DNA of 64,000 nucleotides, from positions 1-64,000 of the forward strand of contig JAFWDK010000009.1 of assembly GCA_017513085.1 (NCBI GenBank), written 5' to 3'. Of the stretch, positions 49,207 to 59,364 are shown piece after piece. The notes under the pieces are model-generated. The model was not told where the DNA came from and ran no database searches. It was given only the letters and a program-made list of their open reading frames with translations. Source of the DNA: Clostridiales bacterium. Its GTDB lineage: Bacteria > Bacillota > Clostridia > Saccharofermentanales > Saccharofermentanaceae. Both the position numbers and the translations under genes were made by a program. The stretch's first letter is position 1; each line of letters begins with the position of its first letter.

Positions 49207-51624
49207 ATGTTAGTACCACTTAGTTGGCTTAAAGATTATGTCGATATCGACGTTACCCCGGATGTGCTAGAGGAGAAGCTTTTCTCCTGCGGTTTCGAGG
49301 TGGAAGAAAAATACGAAGTCGGCCATGATATCAGTAATGTTGTGGTAGGCGAAGTCAAGACTTGCGAGGCAATCGAGGGCACACACCTGCATCTTTGTCA
49401 GGTCGATGCCGGAGAACATGGTACTCTGCAGATCTGCTGCGGTGCAGACAATGTAAGAGCCGGCGGCAAGTACCCGCTCGCATTGATTGGCGCACAGGTC
49501 TATGCTACGGCAAAAGATCACGTTACGGTTGAAGGCGTCATGACCATTGGTCAGGGCAAACTCAGAGGATACGATTCCTATGGCATGCTTTGCTCCGGCG
49601 TGGAGATCGGTGTCACCGAGGATATGTTCCCGGGTGCCGGATATAACGGCCTTCTGGTCCTTCCGGAAGATTCTGTTCCGGGTGCGGATGTCAAGCCGAT
49701 CCTGGGTCTGGATGACTATATCTTCGATGTTTCCATCACGGCAAACCGCCCGGATTGTCAGAGCATCTTCGGTATTGCAAGAGAAGTTGCCGCTGTTCTC
49801 GGTAAGCCGATCAAGGAACCGGCTCTCGACTACACGGAGTCCGATGTGACGATTCCTTTCAATATTCGTGTTTCCGCTCCGGACCTTTGTCCGAGATACA
49901 TCGGTCACTATGTTTCCGATGTCAAGATCGAAGAATCTCCGGTCTGGATGAAACGCCGTCTTGCTCTTGTCGGCTGCTCCGCGATCTCTAATGTTGTCGA
50001 CATTACCAATTATGTTCTAAAAGAACTCGGCCAGCCGATGCATGCTTTCGATTTCTCGTATCTCGAGGGTGGTGAGATCCATGTGCGTCGTGCCGAGGAG
50101 GGCGAGAAGATCGTTACTCTGGATGAAAAAGAGTTCGCACTTACTTCGGATAATCTGGTCATTTGTGATGGCAAGAAGCCGGTTGCTTTGGCCGGCATTA
50201 TGGGTGGTCTCAACTCCGAGATACTTGATACGACTTCTGCTGTTATGTTTGAAGCGGCAAAGTTTGCACACGATAACATCCGAAAAAGTTCCAAAGCTTT
50301 GGGTCAGGTTTCGGATTCCAGTATGCGTTTCTCAAAGGGCGTGGATGAGTATACTACCGTTATGGCCATGAAACGTGCACTGCACCTGATGGAAGAACTC
50401 GGTTGCGGTAAGGTAAGCAAGACACACTTCGACATCAACACCGGAAATTCGGTCGAGCCGAAGAAGATGACTGTCAGCGTGAAGCAGGTCAATGGTGTTT
50501 TGGGCATCACGGTACCGGACGAGGAGATCGTACGGATCCTGACGAACCTGAATTTCGCACCGGAACTCAATGGTGATGAATTAACGATCGCCATCCCGGG
50601 ATACCGTGTGGATATGGAATCCTATCAGGATGTAGCCGAAGAAGTGATCCGTATGTATGGCTATGACCATATCGTGCCGACATTTATTCCGACGGCACAG
50701 GTCACCAGTGGCGGAAACAACCTCAAGCAGAGATCCGAACTTAAGATCAAGCAGGCACTTTGTGCTGCCGGTGCATGTGAAGGCGTACATTATTCGTTTT
50801 TCTCACCATCGGATTTCGATCTTCTGAAGCTTCCGGAAGATGCCCCTGAGCGCTTCGCCATTAAGATCCTGAATCCGATCAACATCGATCTTTCCTTGAT
50901 GAGAACAACACTGGTTCCGCAGATGATCACTTCGATGGCCAGAAACCAGAAGAGAGGAATCCTCTCCGGCCGCATCTACGAGATGGGCAACAAGTTCCTG
51001 CCGAAGAGCCTCCCGCTCACAGAGTATCCGGATGAGCGCGAGACGATCTGCATCGGTGTATTCGGTGAGGATGAAGATTTCTATTCGCTCAAAGGAATGG
51101 TTTCCGTGATCGCGGATGCTCTGGATGTGAAGTTTGATTATGAGAAGGATACCAAGACTTTCCTGCATCCGGGAAGAACGGCCAAAGTTCTCTGCGATGG
51201 CGAAGATGTCGGATTCCTTGGTCAGGTCCTCTATGAGATCTGCGATGAACTCGACATGCGTGTACCGGCTTATGTTGCGGAGATCGACCTCAGAAAACTT
51301 TCCAAGTACTACGGAAAAGAGAGAAAATTCATTCCGCTTCCGAAGTTCCTGGAAGAAAAGAGAGACTTCTGCTTCGTAATGGACAAAGCTGTAACCTGTG
51401 CACAAGTGGAGAAGGAAATCGCTTCATCCTGCGAATATATCACCAAGATCGAACTCTTCGACATTTATGAGGGCGCACAGCTTGGCGATAATAAGAAGAG
51501 TCTGGCATTCAGCGTGGTATTCACACCGAAGGAAGAAGAGTTCAAACCAGAGGTGATCGACGGATTCGTGAATACGATCCTTGCTAACCTCAAAGAGAAG
51601 TACGGCATCACGCTTCGCGCATGA
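49207..51624 (+). CDS. pheT: Phenylalanine--tRNA ligase beta subunit
   Basis: SWLKDYV, ICCGADNV, ITANRPDC, NVVDITNYV, EEVIRMYGY and a C-terminal FDX-ACB (KKSLAF). Confidence 0.98.
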   Translation: MLVPLSWLKDYVDIDVTPDVLEEKLFSCGFEVEEKYEVGHDISNVVVGEVKTCEAIEGTHLHLCQVDAGEHGTLQICCGADNVRAGGKYPLALIGAQVYATAKDHVTVEGVMTIGQGKLRGYDSYGMLCSGVEIGVTEDMFPGAGYNGLLVLPEDSVPGADVKPILGLDDYIFDVSITANRPDCQSIFGIAREVAAVLGKPIKEPALDYTESDVTIPFNIRVSAPDLCPRYIGHYVSDVKIEESPVWMKRRLALVGCSAISNVVDITNYVLKELGQPMHAFDFSYLEGGEIHVRRAEEGEKIVTLDEKEFALTSDNLVICDGKKPVALAGIMGGLNSEILDTTSAVMFEAAKFAHDNIRKSSKALGQVSDSSMRFSKGVDEYTTVMAMKRALHLMEELGCGKVSKTHFDINTGNSVEPKKMTVSVKQVNGVLGITVPDEEIVRILTNLNFAPELNGDELTIAIPGYRVDMESYQDVAEEVIRMYGYDHIVPTFIPTAQVTSGGNNLKQRSELKIKQALCAAGACEGVHYSFFSPSDFDLLKLPEDAPERFAIKILNPINIDLSLMRTTLVPQMITSMARNQKRGILSGRIYEMGNKFLPKSLPLTEYPDERETICIGVFGEDEDFYSLKGMVSVIADALDVKFDYEKDTKTFLHPGRTAKVLCDGEDVGFLGQVLYEICDELDMRVPAYVAEIDLRKLSKYYGKERKFIPLPKFLEEKRDFCFVMDKAVTCAQVEKEIASSCEYITKIELFDIYEGAQLGDNKKSLAFSVVFTPKEEEFKPEVIDGFVNTILANLKEKYGITLRA

Positions 51625-52288
51625 TCCGTATGGCGCGGTCGAGTTTCTTTATATAATACTCGCGCTCCCATTCATATTGAAAACCTTGGAAGTCGAGGAT
51701 GTGTCGGCGACATGACGCCAGCGCTTCTTCGGCTTCTTCATTTTGAGTAAGGAGAAGGATCTTAGCCTGCGTGATCTCAAGGAGCAGACGGTTTTTCGGG
51801 AAGATGTCGCACCACTCGCGTAATCTTTTTATATAGATATCCTCGTATTCGGCGTCTTTGGAAAAAGCACACAGCACGGCACTGTTGGAGTAGAAATCTC
51901 CTGAGATCTTGGACCGGACAGGATTTTTCATGAAACGGTCAAGGAATTTCTTGTTTTCGGAATAGATCTCCAGTGCTTTTTGAAACTTGCCCTCTTCCAT
52001 GAACAGCATGATCCTGCAGTGTAGAAGCTGTCCCTTGGTAATGTCGTCGAGGATCGAGCCGGGAGTGATCGGGTCGAGGCACTCTTTTGCTTCCTCGTAT
52101 CTTTCCAGTTCAGTGTAGATCTCGCATAGCGTGAAGAGATTGTCGTTGTTTTTCTTCGGGAATCTCGATGTGAAAGCATCCAGGTATTCCTGACAGTAGC
52201 ATCCCTTGGCCTGATAGATCGAGGACAGACTATTGTCGTCTTCTTTCGTGTTGTTTTCTTTCTTTCGGAACAAGTCAAAAAATGCCAT
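51608..52288 (-). CDS. Hypothetical helical (TPR-like) protein
   Basis: Start MAFFDLFRKK after AGGAG; ERYEEAKECL and GKFQKALEIY helical repeats. Confidence 0.65.
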   Translation of the reverse strand: MAFFDLFRKKENNTKEDDNSLSSIYQAKGCYCQEYLDAFTSRFPKKNNDNLFTLCEIYTELERYEEAKECLDPITPGSILDDITKGQLLHCRIMLFMEEGKFQKALEIYSENKKFLDRFMKNPVRSKISGDFYSNSAVLCAFSKDAEYEDIYIKRLREWCDIFPKNRLLLEITQAKILLLTQNEEAEEALASCRRHILDFQGFQYEWEREYYIKKLDRAIRIMREA

Positions 52289-52422
52289 ATCAGAACTCCT
52301 TGCAAGTACTTTTGCGAAAGGGGAAAGATGCCCGCCTCCCATACGCATATCCAGTATAGGCGAAGTTGTGGTTTTGCTCAATATTGGTATATAATACTTG
52401 CGGAAAAGGAGATGGGATTGGC

Positions 52423-54012
52423 ATGAATCACGGAAGAGTTTCAAAGCTGAGAATACTTGCTTTGTTGATCGTCGGCGCTCTTTTGTTGCCGATGGCAGCA
52501 TGCAAAGGAAAAAATAATAGCGAGCTTCGGCGCAAGTGTGAAGGCGCAGTCGAAGATTATTTCGAATATCTTAAGAGAGGAAAGAATGAGAAGCTTTCCA
52601 GGTACATTGATCCTTCCGAGGATAAATTCCAGCAACTGGATGATTCGGAACAAAGCAAAGTCTTTTTGATCTACCAGAAGACGATCACATATGAGATCGA
52701 CACGGTGTCTTTGGATGGAAATGATGCGGTCGTAAAAGTCTATACGACCGTTCGTGATGCAACCGATGTTAACCGGACACTTGGTTCTGCGCCAACGGCA
52801 AGTGATGTGGAAGAAGCGGTCGATAAGATCAGTGCTTCGATCAATAAAACATTGGAGCTGGAATTGACTTATGATAAATCGTCCGAACGGTTTCAACTGC
52901 TTTCTTCCGATGACATCTACAACATGATCGATAAGCAGGCCTCGAAGATCTATGATAAGCTCACCAAAGGGGAGAAGACGGACGGCTCGGATTATGCGGA
53001 TGAATTTGCCAGGGCACTTCAGCAGTTTGATCTGAAGTATATTTCGTCGCATACTGATCTTCAGATCGACGGAGACTATGATACTGATAATCAGCAGGAA
53101 TTCTACAAGATCGAGATGAATACGCTTCAGTATTCTTATACCGTTAACGATTCTTCCGCCGACTATACTGTGGTCACATTTCATTTTTCGAAAAAGAATG
53201 GTGAAGAGGCATTTGAAAGCGTCATGAGTGATAAGTCTGCGATCTGTGAACTGATAACACCATATGTTCAGGCTGTCGTGAAAGGGGAGGATTTCGATAC
53301 ACCGAGATTTAATATATTTTCATATCTGGATGTGAATGCGATTTGCGATAATTTTGCTACGGCGTTGAATTTGACATCTACTGTCAATTGCGATGTTCAA
53401 TGCAAGATTACCTATAATGGTAAAAATGGCGCCAAATATGAATTTGAAGATGATCTGGATGGTGTTCTTCCGGCTAAAGATTGCATGGATTTCATGCCTG
53501 ATTATTCGATAGATGAACAAAATGAAATGTTTCAGGGCGCGTCGAAGAATGCTCTGGAAGCCGGCCTGATCTCTGAGAAAGACTATAATGATCTTGTCAA
53601 AACTTTTTCTGCCTATCCACTTTCGGATGAGCAAGTCCAGGACATCCTTACCAAGCATGGCCTGACCCAGGAGCAGAACACAGTTGTTTCCGATCCGAGT
53701 ATGTACTTCAGCAATGGAGAGGATATTATGGTGAATATTGAGGTATGTGATTCTTTTGAAGACGCGTATGAAAAGATGGTTGAGTATATCGAAGATGCCA
53801 AAAATGATTTTAGAAATGGTGATGCTTCCGGAAAGATAGAAGGCGGCCCGTTAGACTTGGATGTCTTTGCAAATGTAAACGGAGAAGAAGTAAGGATCTT
53901 CGGATGTGTCATCCAAAACAGGGTCTATGTCCTGCAATTGCTTGGCGGACGGACTGGGGAAGAAGTGAATGAATTTGAGGCTCTGCTCGAAGAACTCAAA
54001 CTCGTTGCTTGA
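52423..54012 (+). CDS. Hypothetical acidic lipoprotein
   Basis: Lipobox MAAC after a hydrophobic stretch; NTF2-like N-terminal pattern. Confidence 0.7.
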   Translation: MNHGRVSKLRILALLIVGALLLPMAACKGKNNSELRRKCEGAVEDYFEYLKRGKNEKLSRYIDPSEDKFQQLDDSEQSKVFLIYQKTITYEIDTVSLDGNDAVVKVYTTVRDATDVNRTLGSAPTASDVEEAVDKISASINKTLELELTYDKSSERFQLLSSDDIYNMIDKQASKIYDKLTKGEKTDGSDYADEFARALQQFDLKYISSHTDLQIDGDYDTDNQQEFYKIEMNTLQYSYTVNDSSADYTVVTFHFSKKNGEEAFESVMSDKSAICELITPYVQAVVKGEDFDTPRFNIFSYLDVNAICDNFATALNLTSTVNCDVQCKITYNGKNGAKYEFEDDLDGVLPAKDCMDFMPDYSIDEQNEMFQGASKNALEAGLISEKDYNDLVKTFSAYPLSDEQVQDILTKHGLTQEQNTVVSDPSMYFSNGEDIMVNIEVCDSFEDAYEKMVEYIEDAKNDFRNGDASGKIEGGPLDLDVFANVNGEEVRIFGCVIQNRVYVLQLLGGRTGEEVNEFEALLEELKLVA

Positions 54013-54081
54013 ATTTTTCAGTATGCAAAGATAAACTTTTAAGTAGTAGAACAAATTGCTTTGAAATGAAGGAGGACTCTT

Positions 54082-54879
54082 ATGAATTGTATCAATTGCG
54101 GTAACCCGGTAAGAGAAGGGGACGTTTTTTGCATGAATTGCGGTTTTAAGCTTGCAGATGCAGCTGCGGCGGCACCGGTAGAAACGACACAGGTTCCGGA
54201 AACGCCTGTATATGAAGCACCTGCTGCGCCTGTAGCCGAAGCGCCGGCTTTTGAAGCACCGGTGGCACCTGTAGCGGAGACTCCTGCTTTTGAAGCACCG
54301 GTTGCTCCTGTCGCCGAAGCTCCTGCTTTCGAAGCACCGGTTGCTCCTGTCGCCGAAGCTCCTGCCTTTGAGGCACCTGCTGCACCGGTCGCGGAAGCGC
54401 CTGCTTTTGAAGCACCGGCATATGAGGCACCTGCAGCTCCTGTAGCCGAAGCACCTGCCTCTGAAGCGCCGGCATATGAAGCACCTGCAGCTCCTGTAGC
54501 CGAAGCACCCGCCTTTGAGGCGCCTGTTGCGGAACCAGCATCTGCAAATACTTTTGACGCGGCAGCTGTAGCGGCTCCGGTTGCGGCAGTAGCAGCAGCT
54601 CCGATCGCAGCTATGGAAGATGCTCTTCCTGAACCGCCGCCGTTCCAGCCATCTCAGCCGGTTCAGCCGGAATTTGCAGAAGGCACTGCCTCTACACCTA
54701 TCAATGATGCTTCCGCTTATCCGAATCAGTTCGCAGGCGGAGGAGCCGGCCCGGTACCTGGCGCTGAAGCTCCTTCGGCGGCCAAGAGTGCGGCGGATGA
54801 GCTTTTCACCAGAAAGGAATGGAAAGATTCCCGCGTGAACAATGGTGGCATCGTCAACCAGGGTCCGAAGAAGTTCTGA
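54082..54879 (+). CDS. Zinc-ribbon protein with an Ala/Pro/Glu repeat stalk
   Basis: CINCG...FCMNCG followed by [11 protein letters not shown] repeats. Confidence 0.8.
   Translation: MNCINCGNPVREGDVFCMNCGFKLADAAAAAPVETTQVPETPVYEAPAAPVAEAPAFEAPVAPVAETPAFEAPVAPVAEAPAFEAPVAPVAEAPAFEAPAAPVAEAPAFEAPAYEAPAAPVAEAPASEAPAYEAPAAPVAEAPAFEAPVAEPASANTFDAAAVAAPVAAVAAAPIAAMEDALPEPPPFQPSQPVQPEFAEGTASTPINDASAYPNQFAGGGAGPVPGAEAPSAAKSAADELFTRKEWKDSRVNNGGIVNQGPKKF
54202..54536 (+). repeat. Coding tandem repeat of about 33 bp ([11 protein letters not shown])
   Basis: Repeated GCTCCTGTCGCCGAAGCTCCTGCTTTCGAAGCA-like units. Confidence 0.85.
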
Positions 54880-54901
54880 TGAAGGATCAATAAGGAATAC
54901 G

Positions 54902-54938
54902 AGGAACTGTTTTTTGCAAAAGAACAGTTCCTTTTTTT
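54902..54938 (+). terminator. Rho-independent terminator
   Basis: AGGAACTGTTTTT-tgca-AAAGAACAGTTCCT plus T tract. Confidence 0.75.
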
Positions 54939-55016
54939 ATTTTATGAAGTGGACATTACCGTCAGAAAATGTATAATTATTGAAAGAGCTTTTATGCGTT
55001 TTTGGAGGATATATAG

Positions 55017-56117
55017 ATGAAAACATGTCCGAGATGTAATCAGACGATGGACGATTCGTTTACATTGTGCGGATCTTGTGGAGCGCCGTTGCTTGATGGA
55101 GAACCTGAGTTTGGGGATGAAACAACAGGGTCAGCAGCGGGAGAGGACAGGGAAGAAATGAGACCTTCTCTTTCGCATTCCGCGTCCGAAGATCACAAAG
55201 AAGAACAACCACCACAACACTTATCACCTTTTGGTTCCGGTACCCGAGCAAAACCTTCGCCTTTCCATAAAAATGGTGAGGAGCTAGGTTCTTTTGAGAG
55301 AACAAGAAGCAGCGAGAGACCGAATCTGCCGAATCTTACTTCGCAGCCGGTTCAGTCCATGCGAAAGAATAAACCGACCGGTTATCCGGATCAGTATGAA
55401 GCGGCTGCGGAAGAGGGCGGTCACGGTGAGGATGATTTTGTACCGATCCCGCCATTTGCTTCACACGAAGCACAGATGGAATCCCCGTTTAAGTCTTCTG
55501 CATTTAAGAGCAATTCCGGTTCGAATGCAAGTGAATCCAGACCGGCCCCGGCTCCGAGAGTCCAGCCGGCGCCTGTTCCGTCTTCTCCGAATTCGATTTT
55601 TGATTCAAATAAGACAGGATATGAACATACCAAGCCTTGTCCTCGTTGCGGCGCAATGACATTCCCGTATGATGAGAAGTGCATCTCCTGCGGTTATCGT
55701 TTGATGAAGATCAGAAGGATCAACGTCGGAGCTGTTATTGCGGCACTTGCCTATGCGGTTTGCGTTCTGCTTCCGTTCATTTCGGCAAAGATTGCCGGTA
55801 CGAGTGAGTCGTTAACTCTTCTGGGTACTACGGAAGGATATCTTGTTTTTGCATTATCCGCCATTGTCTTCGTTATTGCACTGACAGGAAGAAATGCTTT
55901 TATTGTGGCACTGGGAGGTATATCGTTGATGTTATCCTTCTATATATCTTCCGTACGTGTATATCAGATCGCCGAATCCAAGTGGGGCGAAGCAATCTTC
56001 AAAAATGATATCAGTTACTATCTTCTCTATGCAGCGTCCGTTGCGATCCTGATCACCGGATTGGTTGGTCTGGTCAATTCTATTGGCAGAAACAGAGAGA
56101 AGATGAATGAGTATTAA
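55017..56117 (+). CDS. Double zinc-ribbon membrane protein
   Basis: CPRC...CGSCG and CPRCG...CISCG separated by a disordered linker; about four C-terminal TM helices. Confidence 0.8.
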   Translation: MKTCPRCNQTMDDSFTLCGSCGAPLLDGEPEFGDETTGSAAGEDREEMRPSLSHSASEDHKEEQPPQHLSPFGSGTRAKPSPFHKNGEELGSFERTRSSERPNLPNLTSQPVQSMRKNKPTGYPDQYEAAAEEGGHGEDDFVPIPPFASHEAQMESPFKSSAFKSNSGSNASESRPAPAPRVQPAPVPSSPNSIFDSNKTGYEHTKPCPRCGAMTFPYDEKCISCGYRLMKIRRINVGAVIAALAYAVCVLLPFISAKIAGTSESLTLLGTTEGYLVFALSAIVFVIALTGRNAFIVALGGISLMLSFYISSVRVYQIAESKWGEAIFKNDISYYLLYAASVAILITGLVGLVNSIGRNREKMNEY

Positions 56118-56148
56118 GAGTAGTAAGAGATAATTAAGGAGGCCATGA

Positions 56149-56724
56149 ATGGGACTGTTTGACAATATTTCGAATACTGTTTCCGGAGCAGTGGATCTTG
56201 CCAATTCCGTAGCTTCTCAAGAGACGAAAAAGACCGTGGTTTTTCAGGAGATGCCTGAGAATCTTGCTCAACTGCAGGCGCTTCCGGAGGCTGCAATGAA
56301 GAATCCTCTCGATGTTGCGGCTCTGACTGTAGCAGCGCTTTGTGTCTATCCGTATAATAAAGAAGCTTCGATTGAAATGTTGAACTTCCTGAAGGGACCT
56401 CAGCCATTGTCCAATGCGGAGATCTCGTTTATTGCTGATCGTTTCCGTGATTCCGATTATGTGCCGCGTTCGTATTTGAATGGCGCGACTCCGCAGAATA
56501 ACTATATGCCGCAGCGTCCGTATTCGGTTACAGTATACGAGACACCGCATAGCCGTGATAATCTCAATGAAGGCTATATGACGATCTATATCACCTCCGG
56601 TGGCGCAGATAGCCCGAGATATGTTCGTCTTCGTACTAAGCCGTCTACAGGTGAATGGTTCCTCTGGGAGCAGTTCCTTCTGGTGGGTATTCGCGTGCCG
56701 GACGCGCAGAATCCGTGGGCATAA
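56149..56724 (+). CDS. Conserved hypothetical protein (DUF6935-like)
   Basis: AALTVAALCVY, VPRSYLNGATPQNNY and SGGADSPR. Confidence 0.7.
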   Translation: MGLFDNISNTVSGAVDLANSVASQETKKTVVFQEMPENLAQLQALPEAAMKNPLDVAALTVAALCVYPYNKEASIEMLNFLKGPQPLSNAEISFIADRFRDSDYVPRSYLNGATPQNNYMPQRPYSVTVYETPHSRDNLNEGYMTIYITSGGADSPRYVRLRTKPSTGEWFLWEQFLLVGIRVPDAQNPWA

Positions 56725-56730
56725 GAAGAA

Positions 56731-57408
56731 ATGACATATAAGATCCTGGTAGTGGAAGATGATTTCACGATAGCATCCGAGCTGAAGACTATGATGACGG
56801 GCTGGGGCTATGATGTCAAACTGACGGAAAACTTTGAAGATATCCTCGGTGAGTTCGAGACATTTCAACCGCATCTGGTCCTTATGGATATCGGGCTTCC
56901 ATTCGCAAACGGCTTTATCCGTTGCGGAAAGATCCGTGAGATATCGAAGGTTCCGGTAATTTTCCTGTCGTCTGCGTCTGATAATATCAATCTGGTGACG
57001 GCAATCAATATGGGCGCGGATGATTTTGTAGCCAAGCCTTTTGATTTCAGCGTGCTGACAGCTAAGATCATGGCTGTGCTTCGTCGTGCATATGCTTTTT
57101 CAGAAGAGAAGAGTGATGTGATCGAGTATCGCGGTGCTTCCTATAATGCTTCCGATTCGACGATCACGATCAATGGAAACAAGGTTGAACTGACTAAGAA
57201 TGAGAACCGTATCATGTCGGCACTCCTTTCAGCGAAGGGAAGTATTGTTTCCCGTAATTCATTGATGCAGCAGCTGTGGGATGACGATTGCTTCGTAGAT
57301 GAGAATACGCTGTCCGTGAATATGAACCGCCTTCGTAAGAAACTGGAAGCGGCAGGGCTTGCTGATTTTATCGTGACGAAGAAAGGGCAGGGCTATATCA
57401 TTGAATAA
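56731..57408 (+). CDS. OmpR-family response regulator (BceR/GraR-like)
   Basis: LVVEDD, LVLMDIGLP, GADDFVAKPF and DENTLSVNMNRLRKKL. Confidence 0.92.
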   Translation: MTYKILVVEDDFTIASELKTMMTGWGYDVKLTENFEDILGEFETFQPHLVLMDIGLPFANGFIRCGKIREISKVPVIFLSSASDNINLVTAINMGADDFVAKPFDFSVLTAKIMAVLRRAYAFSEEKSDVIEYRGASYNASDSTITINGNKVELTKNENRIMSALLSAKGSIVSRNSLMQQLWDDDCFVDENTLSVNMNRLRKKLEAAGLADFIVTKKGQGYIIE

Positions 57409-58417
57409 ACGTGTTTTCCTTGCCTATATTCGAAGCCGCTTCGGTGTGATCGTAAGCGGCATTGCCTGTGTGCTGGTCGTTCTGCTGATATGCTGGATCT
57501 ATGGTTTTTCGCTGATGCCGGCCGTTCTCAGTGCAGCGACACTTCTGCTCCTTGGTGCGATGATCGGTATGGTCGGATACAGAAAGTATGCCAAGAAACA
57601 TGATTCTCTGGAAAAAGGAAAAGCATTTCCGCAGGCGGTGGCCGAGGAATTCAGTGCGTCCGAGGAAGTGCCGGAAAGTGTCGAAGAAAAGGTAGACCTG
57701 ATCGAACAGGATTATCGCGATCTTCTGGTAAATCTTTCCGATGAATTGTCCCGTGTAAAAGAAGAGAATGCGTCGAGCTACAATGCGATGCTGGATTACT
57801 ATACGATGTGGGTGCATCAGATCAAGACACCGATCGCAGCACTGTCTCTGATCATACAGAACATGGAAGACCAGAAGACAGCGAGTCGTCTGCGTTCCCA
57901 GCTTATACATGTCGAGAACTATGCCGATATGGCGCTGAACTATCTGCGTCTGGGCTCGGAGAGTAATGACCTTCAGTTTACCGGTGTCAATGTGGATGAG
58001 GTTGTCCGTGCGGAGATCCGCCGTGCTATGACGATGTTTACGACGAAAGGTCTTTCTGTGGACTTTACTCCTTCCGATCTGGAAGTGAAGACGGATAAAA
58101 AGTGGCTGGGATTCATTATCAGCCAGCTTCTCTCCAATGCGATCAAGTATCAGAAGACCGGTACGATCCATTTTTACGGAGATAAGGATTCGACTTCCTT
58201 CACGATCGAAGATGAAGGTATCGGCATTGCCAAAGAAGACCTGCCTCGTATCTTTGAGAAGGGCTATACGGGATATAACGGGCATAATGAAAAGAAGTCC
58301 ACGGGACTCGGACTATATCTGGTCAAGAAGGCCGCCGACCTGATCTCCGCGCAAGTGCTTTTTGATTCGGAAGTGGGAAAAGGAACGAAAGTGACGATAC
58401 GCTTCGGAAATAAGTGA
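57401..58417 (+). CDS. Intramembrane-sensing histidine kinase (BceS/GraS-like)
   Basis: Two adjacent TMs; WVHQIKTP, QLLSNAIKY, DEGIGI...RIFEKGYTG and TGLGLY. Confidence 0.92.
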   Translation: MNKRVFLAYIRSRFGVIVSGIACVLVVLLICWIYGFSLMPAVLSAATLLLLGAMIGMVGYRKYAKKHDSLEKGKAFPQAVAEEFSASEEVPESVEEKVDLIEQDYRDLLVNLSDELSRVKEENASSYNAMLDYYTMWVHQIKTPIAALSLIIQNMEDQKTASRLRSQLIHVENYADMALNYLRLGSESNDLQFTGVNVDEVVRAEIRRAMTMFTTKGLSVDFTPSDLEVKTDKKWLGFIISQLLSNAIKYQKTGTIHFYGDKDSTSFTIEDEGIGIAKEDLPRIFEKGYTGYNGHNEKKSTGLGLYLVKKAADLISAQVLFDSEVGKGTKVTIRFGNK

Positions 58418-58432
58418 TTATCTTTCAATCAG

Positions 58433-58476
58433 ATCCCAATCTTACGAAAATGTAAGATTGGGGATTTTTATGTAAG
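58433..58476. promoter_or_regulatory. BceR-type binding inverted repeat embedded in a terminator-like hairpin
   Basis: AATCTTAC-gaaaat-GTAAGATT (core 58441-58456) plus an extra TGTAAG at 58471, upstream of the ABC operon. Confidence 0.65.
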
Positions 58477-58574
58477 GTAAATCGATGGAACGACAGACTG
58501 CCGGAAGTGTAAGATTGTCATGAAGTACAAGGATGGCGGGTCAAGGGGAGCCGCCAAAAGAGAGGAGACATAGC

Positions 58575-59348
58575 ATGTCAATGTTAGAGGTGAATAACCT
58601 GAAGAAAGTCTACACAACGCGTTTCGGTGGAAACAAAGTGACGGCGCTGCAGAACGTAAATCTCACGGTAGAAAAAGGTGAGTATGTAGCGATCATGGGT
58701 GAATCCGGTTCCGGTAAAACGACGCTCCTGAACATCATTGCGACGTTGGATAAGCCGACCGAGGGCGAAGTGATCCTGGACGGAAAGAAGATGAGTTCCA
58801 TCAAGGAAAAAGCACTGGCGCAGTTCCGGCGTGAACGTCTGGGGTTTGTCTTTCAGGAATTCAATCTTCTTGATAATTTCTCTGTGCGTGACAATATCTA
58901 CCTGCCGCTTGTTTTGGCAGGATTGCATCATTCCGAGATGGAAGAACGCATCAAGCCGATCGCGGAGAAACTGGGCATCACTCCCTTGCTGGAAAAGTTT
59001 CCGTATGAGATCTCCGGCGGACAGAAACAGCGCGTGGCTGTGGCGCGTGCTGTGATCACCAAGCCGGAGCTGGTTTTGGCGGATGAACCGACAGGCGCAC
59101 TGGATTCACGTTCTACTGATGAACTTTTGGAGCAGTTTGCCAACATTAACAAGGAAGGCCAGACGATCCTGATGGTCACCCACTCCATTAAAGCCGCCAG
59201 CACTTCCGGACGAGTGCTTTTCATAAAGGACGGTATCGTTTATCACCAGATCTATCGTGGAAACGAGAGCAACAGCGAGTTCTACAGAAGGATCTCGGAT
59301 TCTCTGACGGCCCTCATGGGCGACGGCGTGCAGACCGTGAAGGATTGA
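58575..59348 (+). CDS. ABC transporter ATP-binding protein (BceA-like)
   Basis: GESGSGKTT, ISGGQKQRVA and LADEPTGALDS. Confidence 0.93.
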   Translation: MSMLEVNNLKKVYTTRFGGNKVTALQNVNLTVEKGEYVAIMGESGSGKTTLLNIIATLDKPTEGEVILDGKKMSSIKEKALAQFRRERLGFVFQEFNLLDNFSVRDNIYLPLVLAGLHHSEMEERIKPIAEKLGITPLLEKFPYEISGGQKQRVAVARAVITKPELVLADEPTGALDSRSTDELLEQFANINKEGQTILMVTHSIKAASTSGRVLFIKDGIVYHQIYRGNESNSEFYRRISDSLTALMGDGVQTVKD

Positions 59349-59364
59349 GCCGGAGGAGAACACG

